Source: Flavobacteriales bacterium (GTDB lineage Bacteria > Bacteroidota > Bacteroidia > UBA10329). Taken from it: a stretch of DNA of 64,000 bases. Made by a program: the position numbers and the translations under genes. The notes beneath the pieces are model-generated. The model ran no database searches. It was not told the origin of the DNA and saw only the letters and a list, made by a program, of their open reading frames with translations. The stretch is taken from positions 6,780-70,779 of the forward strand of contig JACJZP010000011.1 in the NCBI GenBank assembly GCA_020635535.1, in the 5' to 3' direction. Positions 9,144-19,368 of this stretch are shown here, in pieces. Numbering within the stretch: position 1 is the first letter of the stretch; the number at the start of each line of letters is the position of its first letter.

Positions 9144-10579
9144 CAGCTCAGAGGAATACAGACATTCTTTGGTTCGGTGAAGAAACGTAATGCTTCCCAT
9201 CCTCCCTCGCGACCAACGCCCGAATTCTTAACCCCTCCAAAAGGCGTTCTTAGATCGCGGACCAACCAGCAATTGACCCAAACAATTCCTGTGTGAAGGT
9301 GCGCGGCAATGCGATGTGCTTTGGTGAGATCGTTGGTCCAAACCGTAGAGGCAAGACCATACTTGGTGCCGTTGGCATAGGCCAAAACTTCTTCTTCCGT
9401 ATCAAACGGCTGTAACGTAACAACCGGCCCGAATATCTCTTCCTGATTGGTTCTACAGGTTTCAGTAAGCCCTTCGATAACGGTTGGTTCAATGAACCAA
9501 CCGTTCATGCCTGCTTCTACAGGTTTTCCCCCACAGAGAACCGTTCCCCCTTCTTCTTTAGCCAACTCAATGTATGATAGGATCTTCTCAAAATGAGGCT
9601 TGGAGACCACTGCTCCCAGCTTAACATCGGGAGATTGAGGATTGCCCACTTTCATCCTTTTTACCTCCTCCACAAACCGCGTTTTGAATTCATTATAAAT
9701 ACCACGTTGGATGTACATTCTTGAACCGCATAGGCAGATCTGGCCTTGATTGGCGAAACTGGAATTGAGCGAGGTTTTGAGCGCATTCTCCATGTCGCAG
9801 TCATCAAAAATGATGTTAGGATTCTTGCCTCCGAGCTCTAAGGAGAGCTTTTTGAACATTGGAGCCGCAGTGCGCGCAATGGTCTTTCCGGTTTCTGTTC
9901 CTCCAGTGAACGAAATGATCGGAACCTCAGGATGCTCTGTGATGGCCGAACCGACCTTTGCTCCCAAACCATGAACAATATTCAGAACGCCTTTCGGAAA
10001 CCCGACCTCATCACAGATCTGCGACAGTAGATAGGCTGACATTGGCGTTATCTCCGATGGTTTTGCCACCACCGTATTTCCTGAGGCCAGCGCGGGTGCG
10101 ATCTTCCAAGTGAATAGATACAGCGGTAAATTCCATGGTGAAATGCAACCCGCCACACCTATTGGCTGACGCAACGTATAATTCAAGTAAAGGCCGTCCG
10201 TGTCATGCAGTTCTGAGCTATCGTGGAGTATGGCGGTGGCGAAGAATTTGAAATTGTCTGTTGCTCGTGGAATGTCCACTTTCTTGGCCAGCCAAAGTGG
10301 TTTGCCGTTGTCGGTGCTCTCGGCCTCTGCCAATTCATCCAGCCGCTCAGAGATTCTTTTTGCCACGTTGAGCATGTGCTGCGAACGTTCCTCACGCGAT
10401 AGCGAACTCCAGCTGGGAAACGCTGCTTTTGCGGCCTGTACCGCAAGAGCAACATCTGCAGCATCCGAATCTGGGATCAGAGAATAAACCTCACCCGTAG
10501 CGGGGTTGTAATTATCCAGATATGCTCGAGACTCGGGTTCTGTGAATTGTCCGTTGATGTAGTTCAGAATTCGCTGCAT
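9143..10579 (-). CDS. NAD-dependent aldehyde dehydrogenase (2-aminomuconate/2-hydroxymuconate semialdehyde dehydrogenase-like)
   Basis: ALDH motifs: LELGGKNPNIIFDDCD, catalytic Cys in FANQGQICLCGSR, and EEIFGPV. It is a neighbour of the 3-hydroxyanthranilate dioxygenase gene. Confidence 0.85.
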   Translation of the reverse strand: MQRILNYINGQFTEPESRAYLDNYNPATGEVYSLIPDSDAADVALAVQAAKAAFPSWSSLSREERSQHMLNVAKRISERLDELAEAESTDNGKPLWLAKKVDIPRATDNFKFFATAILHDSSELHDTDGLYLNYTLRQPIGVAGCISPWNLPLYLFTWKIAPALASGNTVVAKPSEITPMSAYLLSQICDEVGFPKGVLNIVHGLGAKVGSAITEHPEVPIISFTGGTETGKTIARTAAPMFKKLSLELGGKNPNIIFDDCDMENALKTSLNSSFANQGQICLCGSRMYIQRGIYNEFKTRFVEEVKRMKVGNPQSPDVKLGAVVSKPHFEKILSYIELAKEEGGTVLCGGKPVEAGMNGWFIEPTVIEGLTETCRTNQEEIFGPVVTLQPFDTEEEVLAYANGTKYGLASTVWTNDLTKAHRIAAHLHTGIVWVNCWLVRDLRTPFGGVKNSGVGREGGWEALRFFTEPKNVCIPLS

Positions 10580-10661
10580 TTGCCGCTTTTTCGGTAAAAA
10601 TAGGCATCGTTAAAATGTGTTAAGTGCATAATAGCACCCCTACACCACTCGTACCTTTGAC

Positions 10662-12392
10662 GTGTTGGGACAGAATACCATAAAAGCAACCGTTATCCTT
10701 ATGTCCGTGGCCTTGGTTGGGCTGATCGGTATACAGGTGTATTGGATCAATAACGCGGTTAAACTGCGACAACAGAAGTTCCAATCTACCGTAAATGAGG
10801 CTCTCGGAAATGTGGTCTATCAGTACGAAAAACTGAAAACGGCCGAAAGTCTTGCCCTGAAAATGGATCTGCGCGAAAAGCGGCAACGCCTCATCTGGCA
10901 AATGGATTCCATCAATAACGCCATCATGCGCACGCAGGATAGTTTGAACCTGTTGCAGCGTTCAAAGTACAATGGCAAAAACGGCATTGCTCCAGCAGAC
11001 AAGCGGGCAGGGCTCGGACAGAACGCGTATTTCTCTCCGAATGATGAGTTTTCGCAATTCTTTGCAAACGATCCCAACAGCCATTTTCAGATAAGTGTGT
11101 ACGAGGAGTTTCTGGTAGATTCTGCAGGAACCTTTGTAAAACGGACACGGCAAAAGCACTTTGAGTCGCCCAATTATGGACCAATAAGAAAGCCCGTACT
11201 ACCAGAGTCAGAAGATGAAGCGGCCTATTACTTGGATTCTTTGAAACAGGCCCAAACCATGAACCTGCACTGGTTAGAGAAACGGGCCGATATGGTGAAC
11301 GAGATCTTTGAGGAGATCGTGAGTGTTGACCTCTACGACCGTGCAGACCAGATAGACACCGTTGCGTTAGACTCACTGCTACAGCAACAGCTGAAAGACA
11401 AGGGCATTGGTGCAGATTACGTTTACGGCATCTTCGACCCATTCATGAACGCATATCATGTGGTAGGCTCACGCGAAGATTACAATGGCATTCTGGCCTC
11501 TCCACATAAGGTCAATCTCACTCCTGGAAACGTGTTCAGCCAACCTAAATTCCTGAGCATCTTCTTCCCAAACCAGAACAAGTACCTACTGCGTACCATG
11601 TGGCTGTTGCTTACCATATCGGCCATGTTCATTCTGGTCATCATCTTCTCATTCTCATTCACTGTTTCAACCATCATCAGGCAGAAGAAAGTGTCAGAGA
11701 TCAAGAACGATTTCATCAATAATATGACCCATGAGCTGAAAACACCGATCAGCACCATTTCATTGGCATGCCAGGCGCTCAGCGACCCAGACATAAAGAA
11801 CCGCGAGGGGATTGTGGACAACTACATTAACGTGATTGCCGATGAGAACAAACGCCTTGCAATGGTGGTGGAAAATGTGCTACGCACCGCAGTTATGGAC
11901 AAGGGCGAACTCAAACTGAAGATCGTTGACCTTGATATGAACGAAATGGTCAGTCAAGTACTTCAGAACATGAAGATCCAACTAGAGCAGAGAGGCGGTC
12001 AGTTCATAACCGATCTACAGGCAACGGAAACTATGGTTCAGGCCGACAGAATTCACCTTACAAATGTGATCTTCAATCTCGTTGACAATGCTTTGAAATA
12101 CACAGAAAAGATTCCGTTGATCAAGGTTGGAACACGAAACGAGAAGAATGGAATTGTGATCTACGTTGAGGACAACGGAATAGGAATTTCCAAAGAGAAC
12201 CAGAGCAAGGTGTTCGATAAGCTTTACCGCGTACCGACCGGAAACATCCACAACGTGAAGGGTTTTGGCCTTGGCCTGAGCTACGTGAAAGCCATTGTTG
12301 ACAAGCATAACGGTTGGATAAACCTCCGTAGCGAACTCAACAAGGGCAGCCGATTTGAAATATTCATCCCCCATAAATACAACCAATTATGA
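10662..12392 (+). CDS. sensor histidine kinase (HisKA + HATPase_c), membrane-anchored
   Basis: TM segments, H-box NMTHELKTPIST, and N/G boxes DNALKYT...GFGLGLSYVK. Confidence 0.8.
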   Translation: MLGQNTIKATVILMSVALVGLIGIQVYWINNAVKLRQQKFQSTVNEALGNVVYQYEKLKTAESLALKMDLREKRQRLIWQMDSINNAIMRTQDSLNLLQRSKYNGKNGIAPADKRAGLGQNAYFSPNDEFSQFFANDPNSHFQISVYEEFLVDSAGTFVKRTRQKHFESPNYGPIRKPVLPESEDEAAYYLDSLKQAQTMNLHWLEKRADMVNEIFEEIVSVDLYDRADQIDTVALDSLLQQQLKDKGIGADYVYGIFDPFMNAYHVVGSREDYNGILASPHKVNLTPGNVFSQPKFLSIFFPNQNKYLLRTMWLLLTISAMFILVIIFSFSFTVSTIIRQKKVSEIKNDFINNMTHELKTPISTISLACQALSDPDIKNREGIVDNYINVIADENKRLAMVVENVLRTAVMDKGELKLKIVDLDMNEMVSQVLQNMKIQLEQRGGQFITDLQATETMVQADRIHLTNVIFNLVDNALKYTEKIPLIKVGTRNEKNGIVIYVEDNGIGISKENQSKVFDKLYRVPTGNIHNVKGFGLGLSYVKAIVDKHNGWINLRSELNKGSRFEIFIPHKYNQL

Positions 12393-13090
12393 GCGCAGAG
12401 AAAATAAACGTACTGTTGGCAGAAGACGACCCGAATCTGGGCATGCTGCTTAGAGAATACCTGAATGCTAAAGGCTACGAAACAGCTTTGGCTGAAAACG
12501 GAAAGGTTGCTTATGAGATGTTCATGCAAGGTGGATTCGACCTCTGTATTTTGGATGTGATGATGCCGATAAAGGACGGTTTCACGCTTGCGGAAGACAT
12601 CCGCCAGACAGACAAGCATGTTCCGATCATTTTCCTGACGGCCAAGAGCATGAAGGATGATAAAATGAAAGGGTTCCAATCTGGTGCAGACGATTACATA
12701 ACCAAGCCATTCAGTATGGATGAACTGCTTATGCGTATGCAGGCCATTCTTCGAAGAACAATTCCTGAGGTTGGTAAGGCCAAGAAGAAGGATACCATAA
12801 AAGTGGGCAGCTTCGATTTTGATTTTGACAAGCAGCTTCTTATTCTGGACGGCAAAGAACAACGGCTTACCACTAAAGAAGCCAACCTGTTATTGATGTT
12901 CTGCGAAAACCGATATGATGTACTAGACAGAAACTATGCGCTGAACAAGGTTTGGGGTGATGACAATTACTACAACTCCCGCAGTATGGACGTTTACATT
13001 GCCAAGCTGAGAAAATACCTTTCCCTTGACCCGGATGTGGAGTTGGTGAACGTGCACGGAAAAGGATTCAAGCTTTTAGCTAAGGAATAG
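12389..13090 (+). CDS. response regulator, OmpR/PhoB family (REC + winged-helix)
   Basis: LLAEDD...ILDVMMP receiver domain and C-terminal trans_reg_C-like domain. ATGA-coupled to the kinase. Confidence 0.85.
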   Translation: MSAEKINVLLAEDDPNLGMLLREYLNAKGYETALAENGKVAYEMFMQGGFDLCILDVMMPIKDGFTLAEDIRQTDKHVPIIFLTAKSMKDDKMKGFQSGADDYITKPFSMDELLMRMQAILRRTIPEVGKAKKKDTIKVGSFDFDFDKQLLILDGKEQRLTTKEANLLLMFCENRYDVLDRNYALNKVWGDDNYYNSRSMDVYIAKLRKYLSLDPDVELVNVHGKGFKLLAKE

Positions 13091-13151
13091 GCTAACCTCT
13101 GTCAGCTTTGTGGCGTAGGAATTCTGTACATTCAGATATTCCATTGCGCTG

Positions 13152-13463
13152 ATGCATTATATCATGTTCTCAAGGGGGCTCAAACCTGACCAACCAAGTT
13201 CACTTCTTGAGATTTCGGCAATTCCTGAACTGAAACTGATACACTTTGGTGACTATGACAGGCTCACTCAGTTGTATGTATTGGAAGGTCCTTTCAGACC
13301 TGTTGTGAGCGAATTTGAACACATCAAGGATAGAGAGGGGCCCTCTTGCGTATATGTTGGCGAAGGAGATGTTCCGTTCGACCTGGAAGATGCTCACACT
13401 TGGGTTTGGAAAGAGTTCATCAAGCAAACAGGCATGACCTACATCCCAACTGTTTCACTATAA
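13152..13463 (+). CDS. hypothetical protein
   Basis: ORF only. No recognisable motif. Confidence 0.3.
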   Translation: MHYIMFSRGLKPDQPSSLLEISAIPELKLIHFGDYDRLTQLYVLEGPFRPVVSEFEHIKDREGPSCVYVGEGDVPFDLEDAHTWVWKEFIKQTGMTYIPTVSL

Positions 13464-14246
13464 GCAGCCCGTTCTTCCACCATCAACCGGAACATTGATG
13501 CCGTTAATGTAACCAGCCAATGGCGATGCAAGGAACGTGGCTGCGGCAGCCACTTCCCACGGTTGAGCAAATCGCGCAGCAGGAACTTGGGCACGCATGG
13601 CGTTGGCAACCTCCTCTTCTGATTTACCTGTTTTAGATGCCTTATTGCTGATAATACTTGTAAGCCGTTCTGTTTCTGTGGCTCCAGGTAGTACGTTATT
13701 CACGGTAATGCCGAATTGGCCCAACTCGTTTGCCAATGTTTTGCTCCAATTGGCCACGGCACCTCGAATGGTATTCGAAACTCCCAATCCAGTCAACGGA
13801 ATCTTTACTGAAGTGGAAATAATGTTTATGATACGTCCATAACCCTCTGCTTTCATTCCGCCAACCACTGCCTGCACCAATATGTGATTGCACATCAAGT
13901 GCGAACGGAACGCACGTTCGAACTCATCCAACTCCGCATCAATGGCCAACCCTCCCGGAGGGCCGCCTGTATTGTTCAGAAGAATATGATAAGGATTGGC
14001 TGATTTCATATGATTCTCCACCACGATCTTCAGCGCTTCGGGTTTACTGAAATCCGCTACAAGGTAATCGTGGGTCTGGCCCGCACTTGAATCCAACTGG
14101 CTACAGACCCCTTTCAACTTCTCTTCATTCCTGGCAAGCAGCGTTACGGTAGCTCCGGCTTCAGCCAATTGCATGGCTACGGCTTTGCCAATTCCAGCTG
14201 TACTTCCGCTTACCAGCGCGCGCTTTCCTGTTAGATCGATCTTCAT
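13458..14246 (-). CDS. SDR-family oxidoreductase
   Basis: TGxxxGIG motif (VSGSTAGIGKAV), NNTGG, and catalytic YxxxK region. Confidence 0.85.
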   Translation of the reverse strand: MKIDLTGKRALVSGSTAGIGKAVAMQLAEAGATVTLLARNEEKLKGVCSQLDSSAGQTHDYLVADFSKPEALKIVVENHMKSANPYHILLNNTGGPPGGLAIDAELDEFERAFRSHLMCNHILVQAVVGGMKAEGYGRIINIISTSVKIPLTGLGVSNTIRGAVANWSKTLANELGQFGITVNNVLPGATETERLTSIISNKASKTGKSEEEVANAMRAQVPAARFAQPWEVAAAATFLASPLAGYINGINVPVDGGRTGCL

Positions 14247-14269
14247 CTTCGGGCTTTGGTCAAAGCTAC

Positions 14270-14836
14270 TTGAATTTCCTTACTTTGACCGAAACGAAAC
14301 CTATCATGGCAATACGCAGACCTTTCAATCTTAAACAGTGGATAGACGACAACCGCGACCTACTGAAACCACCCGTTTCCAACAAAAATCTATATACAGA
14401 GGCAGGAGATTACATTGTAATGATAGTTGGCGGCCCGAATGCCCGAAAGGACTATCATTACAACGAAACGGAGGAACTTTTCTACCAACTGGAAGGCGAT
14501 ATCAATGTTCGGATACAGGAAGATGGAAAGGCGGTGGATGTTCCGATCAAGGAAGGTGAAATGTTCCTGCTTCCGGCCAAGGTTCCGCATTCTCCAGGCA
14601 GAAGCGAGGGTTCAGTTGGTTTGGTCATTGAACGAGTGCGCATCGGTACCGAAATGAAAGACGGTTTGATGTGGTTTTGCGATAAATGCAACAACAAATT
14701 GCACGAAACCTATTTCCCGCTTACCAATATTGAGAAGGATTTTCTGCCGCGTTTCCGCGAGTTCTATGGATCGGAAAAACTTCGAACCTGTTCTAACTGC
14801 GGACACGTAATGGAAACCGACCCTCGCTTCGTTTAG
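14270..14836 (+). CDS. nbaC: 3-hydroxyanthranilate 3,4-dioxygenase
   Basis: Cupin core with iron-ligand His/Glu positions (MIVGGPN...YHYNETEELFYQLEGD...PHSPGR). C-terminal rubredoxin-like CDKC...CSNC Zn site. Confidence 0.85.
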   Translation: MNFLTLTETKPIMAIRRPFNLKQWIDDNRDLLKPPVSNKNLYTEAGDYIVMIVGGPNARKDYHYNETEELFYQLEGDINVRIQEDGKAVDVPIKEGEMFLLPAKVPHSPGRSEGSVGLVIERVRIGTEMKDGLMWFCDKCNNKLHETYFPLTNIEKDFLPRFREFYGSEKLRTCSNCGHVMETDPRFV

Positions 14837-14854
14837 AAATGGTGATAAAAAAGA

Positions 14855-14880
14855 AAGGCTCCCAAATTGGGAGCCTTTTT
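14855..14880. terminator. bidirectional rho-independent terminator
   Basis: GGCTCCC-aaatt-GGGAGCC hairpin followed by TTTTT, between convergent genes. Confidence 0.6.
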
Positions 14881-14900
14881 CATTTCAATCGCATGATCAA

Positions 14901-16058
14901 TTATTTGATCACGCTCAATCTTGAAGTGTGCGCAACCTTCCCTGCTTCGTCTACCATTTGGAAAACGTAAAGTCCGGTTGAAAGTCCATTAAGGCTCACT
15001 GATTGACCGTCAATGGTCAACAACTCTGTAACGAGCAGTTTTCCGGTCATGTCATATACATTGAACTCATAGATGTCTCCTCCTGTTCTAACACGAATAA
15101 AATCGGTGGTAGGATTAGGATAGATGACATTCTGACCAGCAGCAACGATTTCTTCAACACCTGTACAACACTGGCTCTGACCAGATTTGTGGGTTGCCGA
15201 GATCGGAGTTCCATTGGCTTCTGTAGTAATATCGGCCACATAATAACCCAATTCCTTACTCACAAAACGTGTTCTGTAAACAGTTACATTGCTTGGAACC
15301 CCAATCAGACCTTCAACGAATGAAGGAGGTCTTTCCCATCCGTTGGAAGCGGTCCAGCCCCAAAGTGTATCTATGCTGGTTTCTACCACTTCCATTTTCA
15401 AAACATTATGCGTTCCACCAAGTGCATCGGTCAAGGTGCCATCGCCAACAATTTCAGCTTCGTAATAGACAATCCGCTTCACTTGAACTGAGTCTGGGTC
15501 CCAGAAACTCGCAAACTGAGCAGGAACCAGACCGTCAGAGAAGAATTTTCCTTCAAAATGTGCAGTATCCATTAGAACAGGAGAGTTAACTGATGCTGGA
15601 AATTCAAAAAGTGTCCAAGGGTCTTGCGCAACAAGTGCAACCTCTATTGGAATTGGACTTCCCAACTGACCAGCGAAATCGCCACCAAGGCCGATTACCT
15701 CCACAGAACCCGCGCCTACTGATGTGAAAGCATAGATTCCGCCAATTTGATCCACCGCTACGTCAGCTGTTGGGAATGAAGACCCCCCCTGAACTGTTGA
15801 TGGGTCGTAAAAACCGACATCAAAAAGATCGTCTGTTTCCAATGTAGAGCAGTCAAATGTCTGACCTGATCCTGTAGAGCCCATGTCAAATGTCAGCGTA
15901 TCATCTGAAATGTCTGCATCATCACCAAACGTGATCACATCTCCCACGCCTGCAAAGTCAGCCTGGTCGATAACAACCTGGGCATTGGCCGAGGCAATTG
16001 TTCCAAGAACAAAAAATGGTATTAGTTTTTTCATAGTTGTGTTATTGTTGAGCATCAA
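14901..16058 (-). CDS. secreted protein with T9SS (Por) type-A C-terminal sorting domain
   Basis: Signal peptide. C-terminus ...IYPNPTTDFIRV...GKLL...LSTGLYVFQMVD...RLSVIK is a typical T9SS CTD. Confidence 0.7.
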   Translation of the reverse strand: MMLNNNTTMKKLIPFFVLGTIASANAQVVIDQADFAGVGDVITFGDDADISDDTLTFDMGSTGSGQTFDCSTLETDDLFDVGFYDPSTVQGGSSFPTADVAVDQIGGIYAFTSVGAGSVEVIGLGGDFAGQLGSPIPIEVALVAQDPWTLFEFPASVNSPVLMDTAHFEGKFFSDGLVPAQFASFWDPDSVQVKRIVYYEAEIVGDGTLTDALGGTHNVLKMEVVETSIDTLWGWTASNGWERPPSFVEGLIGVPSNVTVYRTRFVSKELGYYVADITTEANGTPISATHKSGQSQCCTGVEEIVAAGQNVIYPNPTTDFIRVRTGGDIYEFNVYDMTGKLLVTELLTIDGQSVSLNGLSTGLYVFQMVDEAGKVAHTSRLSVIK

Positions 16059-16090
16059 ATGTACACAATGCGCCCGTTTATATTTGTACT

Positions 16091-17905
16091 GTGAGCGTCA
16101 ATCAGGCACCCGAGCATATTCAGACCCTTCTGAAGACGATTCCCGAGTCTCCGGGGGTCTATCAGTATTTCGATGCTGACGGAACCATCATCTACGTTGG
16201 GAAGGCCAAGAATCTGAAGAAACGCGTGTCGTCCTACTTCACGAAAGACCGATACGATAGCCGCAAAACGGCCATTCTGGTCAGGCAGATTCGCGACATC
16301 AAGTTCATTGTAGTGAACTCTGAGTTGGATGCGCTGCTCTTGGAGAACAATCTGATCAAGCAGCATCAGCCCAAGTACAACGTGATGCTGAAGGACGATA
16401 AGACCTATCCGTGGATCTGCATCAAGAAAGAGCCATACCCGCGTGTTTTCCCAACGAGGAGAGTGGTGCGCGATGGCTCGCAGTACTTCGGGCCGTACGC
16501 CAATGTGAAGATGATGCACACGCTTTTGGAACTGGTGCGGCAGTTGTACCCGTTGCGCACATGCAACTTGAAACTCACGCAAGAGAATATTGAGGCTGAG
16601 AAATTCAAAGTGTGTTTGGAATTCCACATCGGCAACTGCAAAGGGCCGTGCGTGGGCAAACAGACGGAGGAAGATTACGACCTCGCCATTCAGAATGTGA
16701 AGAAGATCATCCGAGGCAACATCCGCGAAGTGCGCGAACACCTTCAAACCCTCATGACCGAATTTGCCGAGAAACTGGAGTTTGAGGAAGCGCAACTCGT
16801 CAAGGAGAAACTCGAAATACTGGAGAAATTCCAAAGCAAATCGGCTGTGGTAAGCCCCGTGGTATCGGATGCCGATGTGTTCTCCATCGTTTCAGACGTG
16901 AAATCGGCCTACGTCAATTACATGCGGGTCATTGAAGGTGCTATCGTGCAGGCACACACCATCGAACTGAAAAAGAAACTGGACGAAACCGATGAGGAAC
17001 TGCTGGAAATGGCGGTCATCGAGCTTTCGCAACGCTTCCAGTCGGATGCCAAGGAATACATCCTCCCGTTCGAACTAAACCTCGAAATTCCGAACGTGAA
17101 AATCACCGTTCCGCAGCGGGGCGACCGCAGCACGCTGCTCAAACTTTCGCAACGCAATGCCCTCACGTACAAGCGCGACAAGGACAAACAGACCGAGATC
17201 CTCGACCCCGAACGCAACGTAACGCGCATCATGGAGCAGATGCAGAAAGACCTACGCATGAAGGAGCAGCCGCGCCACATTGAGTGTTTCGACAACTCCA
17301 ACATACAGGGCAATTACCCCGTGGCGGCCATGGTGTGTTTCCGCAACGGCAAGCCGTACAAGAGCGACTACCGCCATTTCAACATCAAAACCGTGGAGGG
17401 CCCAGACGATTTCGCCTCCATGGAAGAAGTGGTCTACAGGCGCTACAAACGCATGTTGGATGAGGGCATTCCGCTGCCGCAGCTCATCGTTATCGATGGC
17501 GGCAAGGGCCAACTGAGCAGCGCGGTAAAGAGCCTCGACAAACTGGGGCTGCGCGGCAAGATCACCATCATCGGCATTGCCAAAAAGCTGGAAGAGATCT
17601 ATTTCCCAGGCGATTCGGTGCCGCTGTACATCGACAAGCGTTCGGAAACGCTCAAGATCATACAGCATGCGCGCAACGAGGCGCACCGTTTCGGCATTAC
17701 GCACCACCGTAACAAGCGCGCCAAGGCCACGGTCAAGTCAGAGCTTACCGACATCAAAGGCATCAGCTACAAGAGTTCGCAGCAGTTGCTATGGAAATTC
17801 CGTTCGGTAAAGAAGATCAAAGAAGCCACCGAGGCCGAACTGGCCGAAGCCGTTGGCAAGGCCAAAGCGAAGATTGTTTTTGAGCATTTCCACCAAGAAG
17901 GGTAA
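16091..17905 (+). CDS. uvrC: excinuclease ABC subunit C
   Basis: GIY-YIG motif (GVYQYFD...IYVGKAKNLKKRVSSYF), UvrBC-interaction region, RNase H-like endonuclease region, and C-terminal HhH. Confidence 0.9.
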   Translation: MSVNQAPEHIQTLLKTIPESPGVYQYFDADGTIIYVGKAKNLKKRVSSYFTKDRYDSRKTAILVRQIRDIKFIVVNSELDALLLENNLIKQHQPKYNVMLKDDKTYPWICIKKEPYPRVFPTRRVVRDGSQYFGPYANVKMMHTLLELVRQLYPLRTCNLKLTQENIEAEKFKVCLEFHIGNCKGPCVGKQTEEDYDLAIQNVKKIIRGNIREVREHLQTLMTEFAEKLEFEEAQLVKEKLEILEKFQSKSAVVSPVVSDADVFSIVSDVKSAYVNYMRVIEGAIVQAHTIELKKKLDETDEELLEMAVIELSQRFQSDAKEYILPFELNLEIPNVKITVPQRGDRSTLLKLSQRNALTYKRDKDKQTEILDPERNVTRIMEQMQKDLRMKEQPRHIECFDNSNIQGNYPVAAMVCFRNGKPYKSDYRHFNIKTVEGPDDFASMEEVVYRRYKRMLDEGIPLPQLIVIDGGKGQLSSAVKSLDKLGLRGKITIIGIAKKLEEIYFPGDSVPLYIDKRSETLKIIQHARNEAHRFGITHHRNKRAKATVKSELTDIKGISYKSSQQLLWKFRSVKKIKEATEAELAEAVGKAKAKIVFEHFHQEG

Positions 17906-17955
17906 AACGGGAAAAAGGAAATTCGGGAAAAGGTTATTGAATGTGTTGAAAATGA

Positions 17956-17987
17956 AGAAAGCCCGACCAGTTGGTCGGGCTTTCTTC
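17956..17987. terminator. bidirectional terminator hairpin
   Basis: AGCCCGACC-agtt-GGTCGGGCT with flanking A/T runs, between uvrC and a convergent gene. Confidence 0.55.
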
Positions 17988-18008
17988 TGCCAAAATTTAT
18001 GAGGAATA

Positions 18009-18983
18009 TTAATCTATTCCGAAGCAATAGACGAAATCAGGCGTACTTAAGGCATATTCACCTGAACGAAGCGGTTGATCAACCGCAATTAAATAATATC
18101 CATTAGCCAACTTTTTGTAAGACAGGGCAAGCCCCACCATATTTGTTCCTGTCACTCCAATCGTTGCTTTTCCCATAATGTATTCCCTATTTCCCCGTCT
18201 CTCGTTCTTCTGGAACTCAAGAAGTGTAAACAAACTTGATGGGTCACTCCCTTCAGGGTCAACCTTAACAACAACTAAAATTTTGGATCCATTCTTGAAG
18301 CGAACATTAGACTTTATCCCTGGTGCAAATGCAAGTGCTTCAGCCGAGAATAAACCTGTGGACCTACCCATGGTTTGAAGCTTTGTCTTCTCAAAAGACT
18401 TAACTAGCGAACAGGCCTCTCCGTCAATCCAATATGGTTGATTCGCAAAGTCTGGACGAAGCGCGGAGCATTTTTCAGATGGCGAAAGTTCAAACTGAAA
18501 ACCATAAACTTCATCTGATGAAAAAGCACCACCTCCATCGCTGGATGACATTGCCTTCTTTAACACCTCAATTAGCTTTGAGGCCGCTTCACTTGATGCA
18601 ACTGCAATTTTCACGTTTGGGACCCCTCCTTTTGCCTCACCCTTTCGCATCTTCACTAGTTGCTGTTCCGGATTTGAAACTGTAACCAAAACATACATTG
18701 AAGGCCCTTCCGTGACCTCTTTAAGGTCAGAGGTGATTATACCAGACAAATCCAAACGATAACTATAATTCATCTCCATGCCTCTATCGGTTGTTTTCTT
18801 AATGTCGAGATTGATAGTCGTGCCAATGTCCGGTGTTGCGTTCTGAACGAAGGTGAAATCCTTGTTACTCACATTGGAGATATGTTCATTGATTCGCGCA
18901 CAAACTTTTGTCAAATCAATTTGGGCAGTAGCGGACCCACTAATCAGACAAAATGCCAACAGCAATCCAAAAGCAGTCTTCAT
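18009..18983 (-). CDS. hypothetical secreted protein
   Basis: Signal peptide MKTAFGLLLAFCLISGSATAQ. No recognisable domain. Confidence 0.45.
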   Translation of the reverse strand: MKTAFGLLLAFCLISGSATAQIDLTKVCARINEHISNVSNKDFTFVQNATPDIGTTINLDIKKTTDRGMEMNYSYRLDLSGIITSDLKEVTEGPSMYVLVTVSNPEQQLVKMRKGEAKGGVPNVKIAVASSEAASKLIEVLKKAMSSSDGGGAFSSDEVYGFQFELSPSEKCSALRPDFANQPYWIDGEACSLVKSFEKTKLQTMGRSTGLFSAEALAFAPGIKSNVRFKNGSKILVVVKVDPEGSDPSSLFTLLEFQKNERRGNREYIMGKATIGVTGTNMVGLALSYKKLANGYYLIAVDQPLRSGEYALSTPDFVYCFGID

Positions 18984-19069
18984 AATTTTTAGTTTTAAGG
19001 GTTGTCTTTATCGATGAAAAATACACTTTGGTCGAAAGTATTAAAAATTCTTTGTTGACGTTCTTATAT

Positions 19070-19162
19070 GATACAAATGGCAATCCGCCCAGCGGCATCT
19101 ATCTGGTAGAGGTGTTTACACAGAACGGCCAGCGCTCGGTGCAGAAGGTGGTGGTGGAGTAA
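19070..19162 (+). pseudogene. remnant of a T9SS C-terminal sorting domain (gene fragment without start)
   Basis: Frame reads ...YDTNGNPPSGIYLVEVFTQNGQRSVQKVVVE*, a typical T9SS CTD tail. No Met start upstream and an in-frame stop about 25 codons before it. Confidence 0.4.
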
Positions 19163-19368
19163 TAAAAAACCTCCCCCAGCCCCTCCTTTCCAGGAGGGGA
19201 GCTGTCTCTTCGTTCAAACGTTGGATCAGCGCGCCAATTCTCCCCCTTCGAAAGGGGGAGTGGCCGCAGGCCGAGGGGGTCAATTATCAAAACTTCCTTG
19301 TGTAATACTCTTGTCTCTCTTTCCGTTAGTGGCATACTATTCGCTCTACCTTCGGAAAAACTCAAGCC

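Noticed and set aside
16055-16834. 259-aa ORF antisense to uvrC (plus other long antisense ORFs, e.g. 36052-37026, 39983-40732, 32550-33293, 20730-21386, 10924-11442)
   Set aside because: Each lies entirely inside a well-supported conserved gene on the other strand, with GC-rich codon third positions there. They have no start context or motifs. These are shadow ORFs.
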